This document shows positions 51,301-63,827 of a stretch of 64,000 nucleotides of DNA, piece by piece; position 1 is the first letter of the stretch, and each line of letters starts with the position of its first letter. The DNA lies in contig CM119372.1 in NCBI GenBank assembly GCA_051294905.1, positions 21,266,001 to 21,330,000 on the forward strand, read 5' to 3'. The position numbers and the translations under genes were made by a program. The DNA is from Botryllus schlosseri (lineage: Eukaryota). The notes beneath the pieces were generated by a model that worked only from the letters and a program-made list of their open reading frames with translations, was not told the origin of the DNA and made no database searches.

Positions 51301-54300
51301 TAACCATTTCAGCTAGCATATTCGAAATGGTCAATCACGAGGCGGACAGAGTATCGAAAAAGAAAGTTAAAACAAAGACCGGCAATGAAGGTAATTTTAT
51401 TGCTTGCTGTAATATCGTGTATCCTAGGAGAATATTGCAATCCGGTTCCGTCTACTTTAGGTGAATTCGCAGGTGACGTCTATCAATCAAACATCTGAAC
51501 ATGAGGCACGTGCGCCAAATGAGAAATACAGAATTAGTGTCGTAAACGTGCGTGTGTGCTGGTGCAAGGTGTACTGTACTCTAGTGCAGTGTGTTGTGAA
51601 CGTTATGACGGCGTGTTTATAAACCTAAAATTCGCTCGGCCTAAGAACTCCAGTGCTTTCTCATGACGCCGCATGCTAAGTTTGTAGCGTTCTGATTTTC
51701 CCAGCCGGTCAGGGATAAACAAAAGTAGGTGCAGTTGAATGTGTGGTTTCAGACCTGCGGTCCGTGAGCAGGTTGCAGAGTACACCGGACAGTTTTTGTG
51801 ACCTTTTTCTCATATTTTGCTTTGAAAGTATGCTTTGTTCATAAATACCACCATTCTCGGATAATGTATTGAAAATTTAGTGGCCCATAAGCTCAATATT
51901 ATTCTGAGAGGGGTCAACGGCTGGAAACGGTTGTGGAAAGGTAAATAGATGCGTTTTAGACAACCAAGGCATCCCGGCTAAGTTCGGAGTCTTTTTTCGC
52001 CGAAAACGACCTTGTTTCTCTTCCTTCCTGACAGCTAACACAGACTGCATCCTGCACGGCATCGCGTACAAGCTGGGCGGCACGTTCCTGTCGTCGCAGA
52101 AGAGATACCTGTGCCTGTTTCCGAATCGTCTCGAGTGGCGCGAGCTAGACACGACGACAGTCAGTACTTCTTTGCAATCGTGTTATTCGCCGAAGGTTCG
52201 CGTGGGTTTCCTCTCTAGACGTGTGGCCGTCTCGTAACCGGGTGCCGGGCTCTTGCAGTTTTTTTAGATTTGACCAGCATTCCGCACTAACCACTAACTG
52301 TTCGTCACGCACACTTCAGCCTCTCTGCTCTTGTCTTGAGTTGGCGGACGCCCAGAGCCGGGTGACACGCGTCTTGGAGGTGACACGCATGTTTCCCGAC
52401 GCCGGCATAGCGAATATTCGGTCGATTGTGGAATAAATTGCGGCTACGGCCGTGTCTTCGACTGCGTTTAAACCGTGTTATAATCTCGGTTGTCGTACCG
52501 TCCTTATTTCTAAGATTTATCATCATTTTATAGGGGTACACGAACTACATTGTCCTTCCCAGTCATCAGCTTACTAGTCCTTACTTAGTCATCTGTTTAC
52601 TGCTTTCACGATCTGTCCTTAGTTTTTTGATCCATGTTGAAGCAACCCAAGTGTAATAATACTGATGTTACTGAGTCTGCTTGAACAAAAAATCTGATTT
52701 CTTGGTGTAGGTTTACCACATAGTGAACTGGAGTTTGTACTACAGTTTTCTCGACATGATGATTTGCTGCGATTGTTCTGTTTTTGGCCATCTTTTGATT
52801 TTTGGTGGGGTGTGTGGAAAGTGTGTTTTTTGGAATTGCATAGTTCCAATTTAAATCCTGTTGAGTAAAACAAATACGACTGCGCCGAATTTGACGGTCT
52901 GACTTCATGACAATGCCGTTTATGCATGTTATTAGTGATAGGACGAATCCGGATACAGGATTTTCCCATATCTTGTGTATACTAATAGAAAAATGCATAG
53001 CCCAAATCCGAGATGCAATGAAAGATGACCCAAGGCCGCCTCCTCGATCTCCAAATCCATGTTTATGTATGATCGCCAATCGCTATATTGATGGGCCTGT
53101 TTCGAAACCAGTTTAAGTGAGAACGGATCCAGGTTTGCCATTGAGTGTGAAAAAGTATGAGAATTTCTGAAAATGTACCAATCCTAAATCATGACGAAAT
53201 CAAGTTCGATGAAAAATCATAAATTTGACACTTCTGTATCGGCACTGCCTTGTTAAATTGCTTCATAGTTGTTGGTCTGCGCGACACACCTCTGATTTCA
53301 TGCTTTCGAAAGAGTGTTCGCATCATCAAGATTGTTTCAAATTATCTTTTGGCAGTTTGTGTACGAAATACATAAGAACTCAACAGTGCGTCATGTTTCT
53401 GGCTTACATTTATAGTGCAAATCTTGCTCGATCTGTTTGAGCATGTAATTGACCCAATACTATGAAACCATGTCATAAGTGTACGTCACACTTGTTATGT
53501 CCCAGCCAGCCGGTTGAAGTTCAGTGAATCACGGTGTGTTCTGTTATGTATGTGACTTGTTTCAACTAAACGTGTCCCGTATTGATGAGAACGACATCAG
53601 ATACGGTGCGACCAGAGCCCTTCGTTTTGCCCATCAACTGTCAGTGTGTTGATGAGGAATATAATGGTATGTGCGTGGATTTTCGTTTTTATTGTATATC
53701 GTCATATCCATGTCTTGCTAACAGTTCTAGCCGACTTATCCCGACTAATTATGTTATTTTTATTAGCAATACTGGTAATATTCACAAAATATTACACAGC
53801 AAAGTCATCAAAATCAAGATTAATTTTTCGCCCAGCTATTCGGAATCGTTTGAATGAGGATGTAAATTTTCGTTATAGTTTGATAACCCGTATTGCTAAA
53901 TACTTTAAGCCCTGTAGCATATCGTCGAACAAACTTGCGAATGTAGCATTGCGATAACTTCGAACCTCTAAATTGGGGAATGGCCAACATTGTGAGGGGA
54001 ATATATTCAAGGAGTTTTTGGGCCGTAAATTTTCATTGCTTTATGACAACTCTTATACTTGAACTTCCTGACCCTAACATATATTGATGGTGAAATTGTT
54101 GCTGTCAATTTTACACTGACATAACTCTAAAAGCTGGAAACGGCCAACATTAAGCTGTTGTCTGAAGACTGATACCGGAGAATTTGTCGCTTCGTCGTAC
54201 TTTGCGACACAGATTTCAATCGTCTTGACCTGTCAGAGCTATATTTGAAGTGACATCCACGAATAGCTTGAATTAAATGAAAGCAGTGGGATATACCTGC

Positions 54301-57300
54301 TTGTCTCCACTAAGATTGTGTCAACCCGCCACAGCAGTCACGTCGTCTTCCAAGTGCATGTTCGTCTCACTATTCGGTTGAAGATTGCTTTGGTTTGAAA
54401 TCATGCTACATAAATTTCCGTTCCACTTTCCATGCACCACATTTGGTTTTTAATCCTTTGATTCATTCCAACATGAACAATCTTCGCCGTCGATTTACAC
54501 CTTCGACAGATTCACTGATTGTGTGATGATGTAATATTCGTTCTCAACGGCTAAGCTGGTAATCATCCTGGTTTTTGATTGGGAATTTCCTATTAGGCGT
54601 ATAAATGCGGTATCCAGGTCACATTTCCGCAGTGTCGAGCTGAAATTCATGCGACTGAGATCTCATATGCAATATTGATGCGACGTAGTTTATAAAATGT
54701 ACTTGCGTGTGACAACCTAACAATTGGTTCGTGACTCTTGCGGTGGTGTGTCTGTGTGTTTTTTTTCGTCTGCACTGTTTTGAGATTCGCGCATGCTGCT
54801 GCATTGACGATGTGGCCGGATTTGATGTGATTGGCCATATGATTTTGGCTTTGACCTTTCGCCTGGACGCTGACACGTTTGATGTCTGACGCCTTGCAAT
54901 AGCGTTTGTTTTCCATGAACATGTAGGCTTACAACAATAGTCCTTAACTGCTACATTAATGAATTGAAGTGTGATTTAATTTGGTAAGCTTCTGATACTA
55001 AAATCTATTTCCCGACCGAGGTGAGATCTTGTGCTATTTCACTGTTGGTTTCACTGCTACTAAAAGGTATGTTCCATGTCACGGGTGGTGTATAACGGTC
55101 ATATTGTAACTTGCACATAACAACAGCATTGCGACTCATCTCACGATAAACCGGTACCTCGAAATTGACAGCTTTTCCGCCGACAGTGTGGCTGATGCTC
55201 GCTCGCGCCATTGCAACTTAGATGATGCTGATTTTGATCGGAAATGCAAAGCCGCCCGTACGCTTTGATACATGTTAACGTGTCAATTTAATGTATCCGA
55301 GTGGGAACGGCAACGTTTTGAGTTGCAATGATCCTGATGCAATGAGTTTTCACCAATGGTTTGCCTATTTCGATGCGAGATTATCGTGTCTGCGACACTG
55401 TCGGCAGTAAAGCCCTTGAAGTTGTCATTTCCGCGTCTTGATTTTTGATTTCTTGCGGCTCGCAGTTCTCTCTGCCGACGACTCAGAGGAACATCGTCGT
55501 ATTCGAAGACGTGTCGTCGATATCGGAGACTGTGATCAAAGGCGTCAAGCAATGCGTACAGCTCGGACTGAAAGACGGCAAGGACGTTGTCTTTCGATTT
55601 GATGTAAGTCACGGCCGACGCGAATGTTTCGTGATGTGGCTTCGTCATCATTGAAAAAATAGTATATTTTGCAACAAGCTATAGGTTGATGTAAACATAA
55701 AACAGACCACAAAACCCCATATCGTAACTCACAACCAGACAACACAGACGGTTTATAATTTAACCAAACAGCAACATAACACTAATGAAGTATTAGAAAG
55801 GTGTAGAGATGCTCATTTGTTCTGAATAATTTATGCATCATCCCAGCCGTGGTTCGTGTAACAATTTACGGTTGATTATATCGCGGCATATTATATTATC
55901 AGCCATCGTTGTTTACGTAGCTTATTTTAGAAGACACGAAGTTCAAGGTGTAAGTTATTCATTCTGGTCCATATCTTTTTCCAGCTTAGAACTATTTCCA
56001 TAAGTAATTTGTTCCACGCAAGCAAACATGAATTGCGAAGTTCCCTTGAACCATTTGAGAGGCTTTTATCCCTGCATTAAGCGTGCCCTTGGAAATTCCT
56101 GCTGCTAAATGTGTCTCTTCTACAAAGATCTGTAACCTGCCAGGCTTATTGTATACGTGCACTGAATTATTCATGTATCTCAAACCGTGGAGAGCTAATG
56201 ATTATCCGATAAGGGCCTTGCATCCTGCTATTCTGGCAACATGTATCTTCTTTGGTTACACACCCCTCCGCCCCAAATTTATGCTATACAAAATGTTACA
56301 TAGTTACCGCGGCATGGCAAGACTTTGTTATTTGGAGGAATGGTGATGTTATACCTAATCAACTTCTATGTTTACTGTGTTCGGGCATTCATACCACCTA
56401 ATAAACCTTTCATTTCATGCCCATTGCTCGACGCAACAAATTAATATTTCAAGATATTCTCAATGCTAATGAAGTATGGCAATTGAATGAAGGCTGACAG
56501 TAAATAACTGTGTGGTGGCAATATGTTTGACTGAGAAGTTTTTTACCTTACATATTTAGTATTTAGGCTCATTTAATAAGTATTGATTTGGGTTTCTCTG
56601 CTTCCTCGGAGTTGCGACAGCTCCGAACCCAAAACAAAATGCTTTGGTCGCAAACTTGTATAACTGATATTACTCCAATCCAAACTGACTTCAAAAGATA
56701 CTCGATTTGGCCAATTGCAAGCTAAACTTATCTCGGGTCGCAGATATGTTAAGGCTCACAAGGTGAGAATAAAACACTGAAACAATGATTCTTGTTGATA
56801 AAATATCTCTTGGTGGCATGAGTTATATAATTTAGGACCTTCAAAAGATTCATGCTCAGCAAATTTGTTACTTGATTCAGATTTTTGTACCCGAATCGTT
56901 ATTTCCAGTCTTGCTCCTGTGCCATTAGTTGATATTTTCGACAATCTCGTTTTGGATTCTGAACGAAATGGCGGATGTATATTTCTTGCGTTCTTGAATT
57001 GCTCGGCGATGCGCTTTGATTAACTGAGCTTGAGCGATTCTTTTTCAAGTCCGAGCCCGAATTCATGCAATGGTACAAGGACATCAGCGAAGCTTGGCAT
57101 ACCGCAATTCTGCTCATGAAGAAGGGGCCGAAACTAATTGCGAACAAGCGCTCCGTTTCCGAGGAGGCTAATTATAATAAGGTAAGGATATCGAGAATAT
57201 ACAGGATTATTACATGGTTTCCATACTACTAATCCACTAATACCGGAATTTTATTTACAATTGAATAGTATACATAATATATTCATATTGAAATAAATCG

Positions 57301-57917
57301 GGATATTTTCGGCTGACACTCGTCTGGGGTAGTCGTCTCGTCAGCAAGTAGTTGAGAATCGAAAGATCTTTGTATATCACCAATTATGACATCAATACAT
57401 TCATTTACAATCAAACACTAACTAGTATTTTAAGTCTGAATGGTGAACCGCAGTTCAGGAAACACAACTTTTAGGCATTTAAGCATTTAAGCATTAGCAG
57501 CGAGGATAATCGTGCTATCGGATTATGTTTTTTATGGAGTAAAGCCCTTAAATGACAAGACGAAGAAATCCAAAAACTGAAAGCTCGGTGGAAGTGGTTA
57601 GAAGAGATTGTAACTTTCGTCTTTCATGCATACGTAAAGAGTAATCAGAGTGTTGACGAAATTACGACTTTTTGTAACGGAACTAGCTGAAAATTGTAAC
57701 GTGATATAACGTCAGAAATCAATTCAAATCTCTCTCACTCAGTTAGGGTCTCACCTTATAGTCTTATGATAAGCACGCCAAACCTTTCCTTCAGGCGATA
57801 CTGGCGGCCCAAACGAGAGTTGCCACAAGCAATGCCCTCAACACATCACACATACCTACCTACCGACACAAACTCGTCATGGACGAGCCGGACATCGAGG
57901 AAGAGCCCGGCGCTTGA
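24364..57917 (+). CDS. GRK2: G protein-coupled receptor kinase 2 / beta-ARK orthologue, ~710 aa, 21 coding exons: 24364-24476, 29600-29676, 32912-32985, 36061-36162, 36238-36312, 37866-37927, 38184-38235, 41089-41180, 42218-42305 (alt 42311), 42371-42452, 44075-44205, 46376-46470, 46538-46712, 47710-47810, 48636-48702, 50490-50661, 51313-51390, 52035-52159, 55487-55603 (alt start 55466), 57050-57181, 57795-57917
   Basis: Diagnostic N-terminus [21 protein letters not shown] domain (IFDEYIMK; [13 protein letters not shown]). Intact kinase motifs [54 protein letters not shown] and DWFS. AST region [17 protein letters not shown] domain (LFPNRLEWR; MQWYK). All exons are phase-consistent (2133 nt with the 42305 donor). 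The exon 9 donor and the last exon are the least certain parts. Confidence 0.95.
25445..25738. mobile_element. Charlie-type hAT MITE in GRK2 intron 1
   Basis: Ends CAGTAGTTTTCAAAC and GTTTAAGAACCACTA; TSD CATTGGAC/CATTAGAC (7/8). Confidence 0.8.
29298..29319. repeat. (GT)11 microsatellite
   Basis: Direct read. Confidence 0.95.
30113..30379. mobile_element. MITE with ~38-bp terminal inverted repeats
   Basis: ATATATCGTAGCAGTGGAATCAAAGTGTCTTATGTCCA versus the reverse complement of the right end, ATATATTGTCGCAGTGGAATCAAAGTGACTTATGTCCA; TA-rich flanks; superfamily unassigned. Confidence 0.75.
34633..35099. mobile_element. GG..CC-ended TIR element with subterminal CCGAGAATGGAC repeats (Merlin/Mutator-like)
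   Basis: Left end GGTTCTATGCCAATACCGAG; right end reverse complement GGCGTCTGGTCAATACCGAG; candidate 9-bp TSD GTCAGTCAT/GTAAGTTAT (7/9). Confidence 0.55.
36396..36690. mobile_element. Degenerate relative of the 3790-5087 element in GRK2 intron 5
   Basis: Right end TTCACCAAGTGCCGAATCCGCTGGTAACCC; left GTGAATTCGGC and AACTCGGCAC motifs; G-rich (GGGTT)-like interior; no TSD found. Confidence 0.45.
44328..45372. mobile_element. Non-autonomous hAT (Charlie/Buster-type) element in GRK2 intron 11
   Basis: Ends CAGGGATCGGGTCACCAAT and ATTGGTGACCCCTG; perfect TSD GCCTAGAG (44320-44327 and 45373-45380). Confidence 0.9.
54647..54922 (-). pseudogene. Possible BED zinc-finger (transposase N-terminal) relic in GRK2 intron 18
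   Basis: The ORF contains YCKA...[13 protein letters not shown], resembling the H-x4-H end of a BED finger; the first Cys pair is incomplete. Confidence 0.3.
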
Positions 57918-60900
57918 GACCGGCCCCGAAGGATTTTTCGTCGACGGAGTGTTCTTTTCTATGTAACGTAATCAAAGATCGGTCGGCGCACGGAAGCTAG
58001 CAACAGATAGACACGATTCGAGAGACGCGATCGCAACGTTTTTCGAGCACGCGAACGGCGCCTACTACTTCAATGTCCTGCTGGCCGGAGTCTATATAGC
58101 ATGCTACCGAAATATTAGTATATTTTCGCTATATCAATTATTGTTTTGTCGCGCGTGGCTGTTTTTATTATTATCGCCGAGATTAACTTTGCACAATTTC
58201 CTCGCCGCGCTCTGCTCGTGTTGTCTCGCCTGTTAACTACTCCTTGTTACGTGGAAATCGTTCTTGAATGTGTCTGCCTGTACCGTGTCTGTCTGTCATG
58301 ACTTGGTAAAGCAGTTACATGGGTTTGCTTTGGGTTGGGAATTTGGAGAGGTCATGTTGATAGATGTCCGATATCCAGTAGACGGTTTCAGCCGGTTCGC
58401 ACCGGTTTTATGAAACCGTCTTTTATGAGTTCAGCGAGCGACAAAGCCCAACTTTTGTGGTAGAACCGGCTAACAAAAAATCTAAATCCCGAAATTCTTA
58501 CCATTTATACCAACTCTTAGCCGGCCCGTTGCGCCACCCGACGGTTTTTCTTTATTTTGAAATCCGAATCGTCTCGGCTATTAGATTCAAACCAAAATGC
58601 TAGTTTTTATAAGGCACTGATTCGTATGCGCCAAAGAGCCTTATGAAAATTCAAAATGATGGTAAATTCATTTTGCGAATCCGACCAATATCAAATTATC
58701 CGAATCCTGGCTCACCTCGGCGCCGTACAGGCACGATATACTCGTTTTTTGCAACATCCTACCCGATATATTAGTCGTAAATATTATGTCAGTGTCTGTA
58801 TCTTTTGTTTCTTCTCGATAACAATCTAAATAATTATGCGAAGAGCCAGTATTGCACTGGTGATAGCGCGATGTCGTGTCGTCCAAAGTATCCTGTTTCC
58901 CTCAACTTTCCTAAGTTTCACTTGTTCTTTTTACTCTCGGCAAAAAGATAATTTATCCTGTTATGTGTCGAATGCTTGTAGGCTTTAAGTATCTAATTGA
59001 TGTGACTTGATGTTTTATCGGTAGCGTGATCTTTTAATTCTGTACTAGCGAGGTGACGCGTTAGGTAGCGTCGCTGTAACTCTGAGTGAGTTTTGCAATC
59101 TTTTAAACAGGATTGCGTTAATTTCGTGATACTCAATCCACGTGATAGACTACGTCCAGTGCTATTTATATCCGAATCTATTGTAATTACTGGTTTTGTT
59201 ACGGTGATAATTGCCCTACTGCTTAGTGTTACAATTTTGGATTATACTACTCTGTATCGGAATGCCATTTTCTCTGTATCCTGGAGACTCACGAATGGGT
59301 TGGGCAATACGAGTCAATTACCGATTCGCAATACATACTAATCAAGACTTTTGAATATTGAATCTAATCAATCAAAGCGAGAGAGGAATCATTGTCCTAC
59401 TTTGCACTTTCTCGGTCAAATCGGTTATAATCTACTTGGGACTAGTGATGAGGACAACCGTTAACTGACATGTAATGCAATTGTGTGTTCACGGATTATT
59501 CTCATTCATTAGTATACATTTATTCTATTTCCGACATTGGAAAATGGCATCAAATTTTGATTTGATTCGATTTTGCCCACCCCTTCTCGTGAGTCTCGCT
59601 CTGCAACTTGTACCGCATGCGCAACGGCAGTTGGGCAGAGTTGTTGTTTGTACTCAGAGATGAGCGGATTTAATTGGTTGAAATCCAATACCTGTTCCAG
59701 GTTTCAGATGTAGGTCCAACATTACTTATCATGCCTAAGTCCAATGGAATTTGAAACTTTTTCGAAATTCCATGTACGAATCCAGATCTGGCCCAAATTG
59801 TCAAATCCATGCTCATCTCTGCTAGTGCTAGTAGTAATACCAGAGAGTGTGAAATTGATGCTATTAATTTCCCTGTGTCTTGCGTTTAAGACGTTAAGTC
59901 TGGTTTCCCATGATGTCACGTGCACTTACAGTCGTCGTGATCCAACGGTATTGGAGTGCTCGACAGCAGGTACTTGAATGCCTATTGCACTTCCCGATAA
60001 TTTCAGCCTGACTTGGGTGATGTCCATCCTACTGAGTGACCCAATTCACCAATAGGCTTTCATCTTGGCGTTTGGTGCCGGTCACTCAAGTTCCTTGAAT
60101 AATCATGAGTTTCTGCTTGTTAGCGATATTCAATATTTTGGAACCCTTTCTTAGCGTAACGCGACCATGTTTACTATGTGTTTTTGCAGCATTGCTATGG
60201 AGAAAGTCGGTTGGCGTTGATATCTTATTGACTCGTTTGAAGTACTGTAAGATACCCTCCGTGCGTATATAGTTGCCGTAGTAGTTTTCAGTATTTTCGT
60301 GTCAATATAGCCGTATTTATTGTTGATCTACTGGATATTAAAGACCAGTTATGCAAATTGAATTCTTGGCGTGAATGGAGTGATTGTGAGTATAGGTGAT
60401 TTTTGGGGCGTCTGTGAAAGTAGGAAGTATATAGAGTTGAGAACCGTTATGATATGACTTTCAAGTAAATGTTATTAAGTAATTTTTACTTTTTGTAACG
60501 TCGAATTATTCAAATTTAATACAATGTCTTTTGACGCTGTCGCATTCGTAAAATCGCACCACTAATCGCAGCGAATTATCTCTCACCAGCCGTAGTGAAT
60601 TAATATTTGCGCACCATTATTATTTCGTAATTAAAAATCTGATTCGAAACCGGGTGGAGTGACAGGCGTACACTGAATCAGCACGTCACGAGCCTACGCG
60701 CTATCCTTCATAACATAAACAAATGAAGTGTCATAAATATCGTCCGAGATAGGCCTACACCTTCGCCAAAAATGGTCGTCTCTGGTTGAACAAAACCTAC
60801 GATATTGATGTCTTGACGTCGAAATAGTAGGCACCGAATGGTACAGTCTTTATGCAATCTGAATAGACAGTAGTACAAAATACAAATGCAGTATATATGC

Positions 60901-61144
60901 GACCCGCAGAGGTAAATCATGCAACCCTATTTGATATCGCGCGCGTCATAGAGCTGCGCTGAGTACAACCTTTTTTGCGCATTCTTCATGTCAGTCAGTG
61001 TCAAGTCGGGGCTCTTCAACCGGGTGTATCGTACTTCCTTGTGTGTAGTGTGTACCATAATTTTTATAGGGTGTAGCCTACGACTCGTATGGGGTTTTCC
61101 AGATTCTCATTTCAATGGATCAATGACTATCCAAGTATCTATCA

Positions 61145-61400
61145 CAGTGGTTCTCAACCTTTTTGACCTCGCGGCACCTTGTGAAAATGAAAAATAGTTC
61201 GCGGCACGCTTGGTTCTCACAACTTCTTTTGGCATACGGCACCTGAAAACTACCCGAATACTTAGCAGCAGGGCTTTGGAGCAGCAGTAAATTTTAACTG
61301 CTCCGGCTCCGAAGCTTTATTCTATCATACATTAGCTCCAGCTCCGGAGTCGCATTATTACCACTGCTCCGGCCCCGGCTCTGAAAATCATCGAATGGGT
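61145..61400. mobile_element. hAT-MITE fragments (a CAGTGGTTCTCAACC end plus a GCTCCGG-repeat family piece)
   Basis: Charlie-type terminus at 61145; repeated GCTCCGG(C/A) units at ~61300-61380; partner ends not found. Confidence 0.5.
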
Positions 61401-61410
61401 CTGTCTATAT

Positions 61411-62620
61411 CAGGGGTCACCAACACGCGGCCCGTGGGCCGCATGCGGCCCACGAGGTCATATTTTGCGGCCCGCGACATGATTTGAAATTTCGGAAGAA
61501 CGCTTAGTGAAGTATTTTGAAATGCTGAAATTGTTTTCAGTTTAAACACATTGTTGTTGTTGTTTAAAGTAAGCTATTCTCCCGTGCCCAATGTCACTGT
61601 TCCTCACTAGCTGATAAGAATTTGTTGATATGACCATTCATATTGCATTGACGTGCAATGGCCCACCACTGCCGAGACCGAGTCGCTTGGAAAACGAATT
61701 CGGGCTCTCCAAAAGATCAAGTTTTACGAGGAGATAGTTTTCCAGCAAGAACCTCGTGTCTAAGCCATCTGCAGCCAATCTGCGACTGTAGAAGGAAAAT
61801 TATGCGGCCATCGACACTAAATTCGACTAGAATGTGTTGGCGGCCGTCAATACGCAAATGGAATTTACGAATTGACTCCCTAATTGTTGATAGATTTGAA
61901 TTATTCTTGAAATTTTGTCCGCGCTGTGCGCGGTTCAATGCGAGTTGGTTTCGATTCTAATATACTAGTGTCCTTTGTTATATGAGCCTCATAGTATAGA
62001 TGCGAACAGCAGAGGAAATTGATGCGCCACATAAAGAAATACCAATTAGTAATCGTGTTCTCCTCATCACGAAGGAAATTTGTTTCTACTAGGCCTACGT
62101 TTGGGCACATCCAATATATTTCCACTATACGGACAATCCTGATGGGAGGTCAAGAAATAGCAGCATGTAACAAAAGGGAATAATAACGATTGGCCCACCC
62201 AAACATGCAGCACATAGCATTGATAACTTCGCTAAATTTTTGAAGACACCGCCTGCATCAACTCTATCGGTGAATCTGATCACATGGGCTGAAAAGGATA
62301 AATATTTGATAAAGATAGATGAAACTATACTGATATTTTCGACGAAATTTCTCATGGTTCAGGAAAAATTTTCGCGCTTCGCGCGTCTAGAAAACGAATC
62401 TCTCTGGCTATTCATAACATAACTACTTACGATTTCGGGGCGCATAGTAAGCCGATGTGAGTAAATAGATTAGTCTAGAGTTCATCGGCAATGGACATTG
62501 GACAATGGCCAATAAACTGCGTTCCTTATTATTATTATCTCGATGTTGGAGTCATGCAGCCCGCGGCCTCTACGAATTTTGAAAAGTGGCCCGCGACCCA
62601 TTTTGAGTTGGCGACCCCTG
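61411..62620. mobile_element. Non-autonomous hAT (Charlie/Buster-type) element, 1210 bp
   Basis: Ends CAGGGGTCACCAAC and GTTGGCGACCCCTG with subterminal GCGGCCC repeats; perfect TSD GTCTATAT (61403-61410 and 62621-62628). Confidence 0.9.
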
Positions 62621-62628
62621 GTCTATAT

Positions 62629-62700
62629 CAAGGGTGGCCAACCCTCGGGCCAAATGTGGCCCGCGAGAGGGTTTTGAGTGGCCAGCGAGGTAATTTCCTA
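62629..62700. mobile_element. Left end of another hAT MITE directly after the TSD
   Basis: CAAGGGTGGCCAACCCTCGGGCCAAATGTGGCCCGCGAG; the right end was not located. Confidence 0.5.
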
Positions 62701-63827
62701 TTACATTATCGAAATCCTGTTATCTTATCGAAAATGAATTGCTCAGATTGTGAACTTGCAAAGCCAATCAAAAATTACAAGACTGGCTGCGACACTTGGG
62801 AAGTTGATAACTAAAATATCAGCTCCGACGCATTGGCAGGTCCATGGTCCAGTCACATTTTTAGTAAATCGTCGTACATTACAATAAACTAAAATAGTAG
62901 TGAAATTTTTCTTCACGCATCGCGTGTTTAATTGTCACACAATTTCTTGCTTGGTAGCCTACCCTCTCCTGAAAATGAAAAAAAACGCCGAATTTACCCG
63001 ATGTTTATGATTCACAATGAGCAGACAATGGGCCGTCTACAACGGTATAGGCCTATAAAGTAGGCTACAGTAAAATGGAAAATGATAAGTTCGAAGACAG
63101 TGCAAAATCTACGAAAGGCTACAAACGAAATGCAGGTTGCAAAAAGTTTTGACTTTGTGAAAAATTATGACATTTTTTGACCTAACGCTACAATTTTGAC
63201 CTAATTTTGATTTTTTGACATGTCAAAAAAAAATCGCCCTAATGATTACGAGTAATGAGCAGTTTATGATGAATTGCATTGTCGCAAGTGAGGCACGAGC
63301 TCCCGTGCATCACCTGTGCCTCACCTCTCCTTTCGCACCATATTTTCAAGCAATAAATATGAAAATTTGTGATGTTGGATGAAAATATTCAAATTTACAT
63401 TTTCATGTACATCGACGGTAAATATCAATAATTATTGAAGATTTTCACAATTTTCTTTACTCATTCTGGCGACAGGGGAGGCAGTGCCTCACTTGCCTTC
63501 CGTGACCGCACGTCGCTGAGACGTATGGTAACCTTTCACTCAGTGGGGACTCGTCCAATAAGGCATCTGGGGCATTGCCCCACCGAAAATTCTGTTCAAT
63601 AACAATGATTTAGCATACGCTCAGCAATCAGTATATACCGAAATCGGCTAAAATCGCATTCTTTTTGAGCTTTCGCTTGTAAATGCCCATATATAGCGAA
63701 GTCTCGCGGAAAATCGAATTATCTTCCGTGTTTTTGCTTCGTAAATGCCTAGCCGGGGTATGCCACGGTAGCGCTCATAACAAGTTTTCACTGTACGTTC
63801 TCCGCATGTGGTCAAAGTAGTCAAGAA

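Noticed and set aside
52606-53079. 157-aa minus-strand ORF with YAIPKNTLS (HTH-psq-like)
   Set aside because: A single short motif within a GRK2 intron; the rest is unrecognisable.
55445-55654. Separate small gene
   Set aside because: It is GRK2 exon 19 (PH domain), phase-linked to the neighbouring exons.
59093-59341. 82-aa ORF with a transmembrane-like stretch
   Set aside because: TTG start, no splice support and no recognisable homology; hydrophobicity is expected from T-rich DNA.
61640-62520. Apparent multi-exon minus-strand gene (GTAAGT donor at 62430, TTTTCAG acceptor at 62289; peptide LTSAYYAPRNPHVIRFTDRVD...)
   Set aside because: It lies wholly inside the TSD-bounded hAT element 61411-62620. 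Later exons need weak sites or hit stops, and no homologue was recognised. A captured fragment is not fully excluded.
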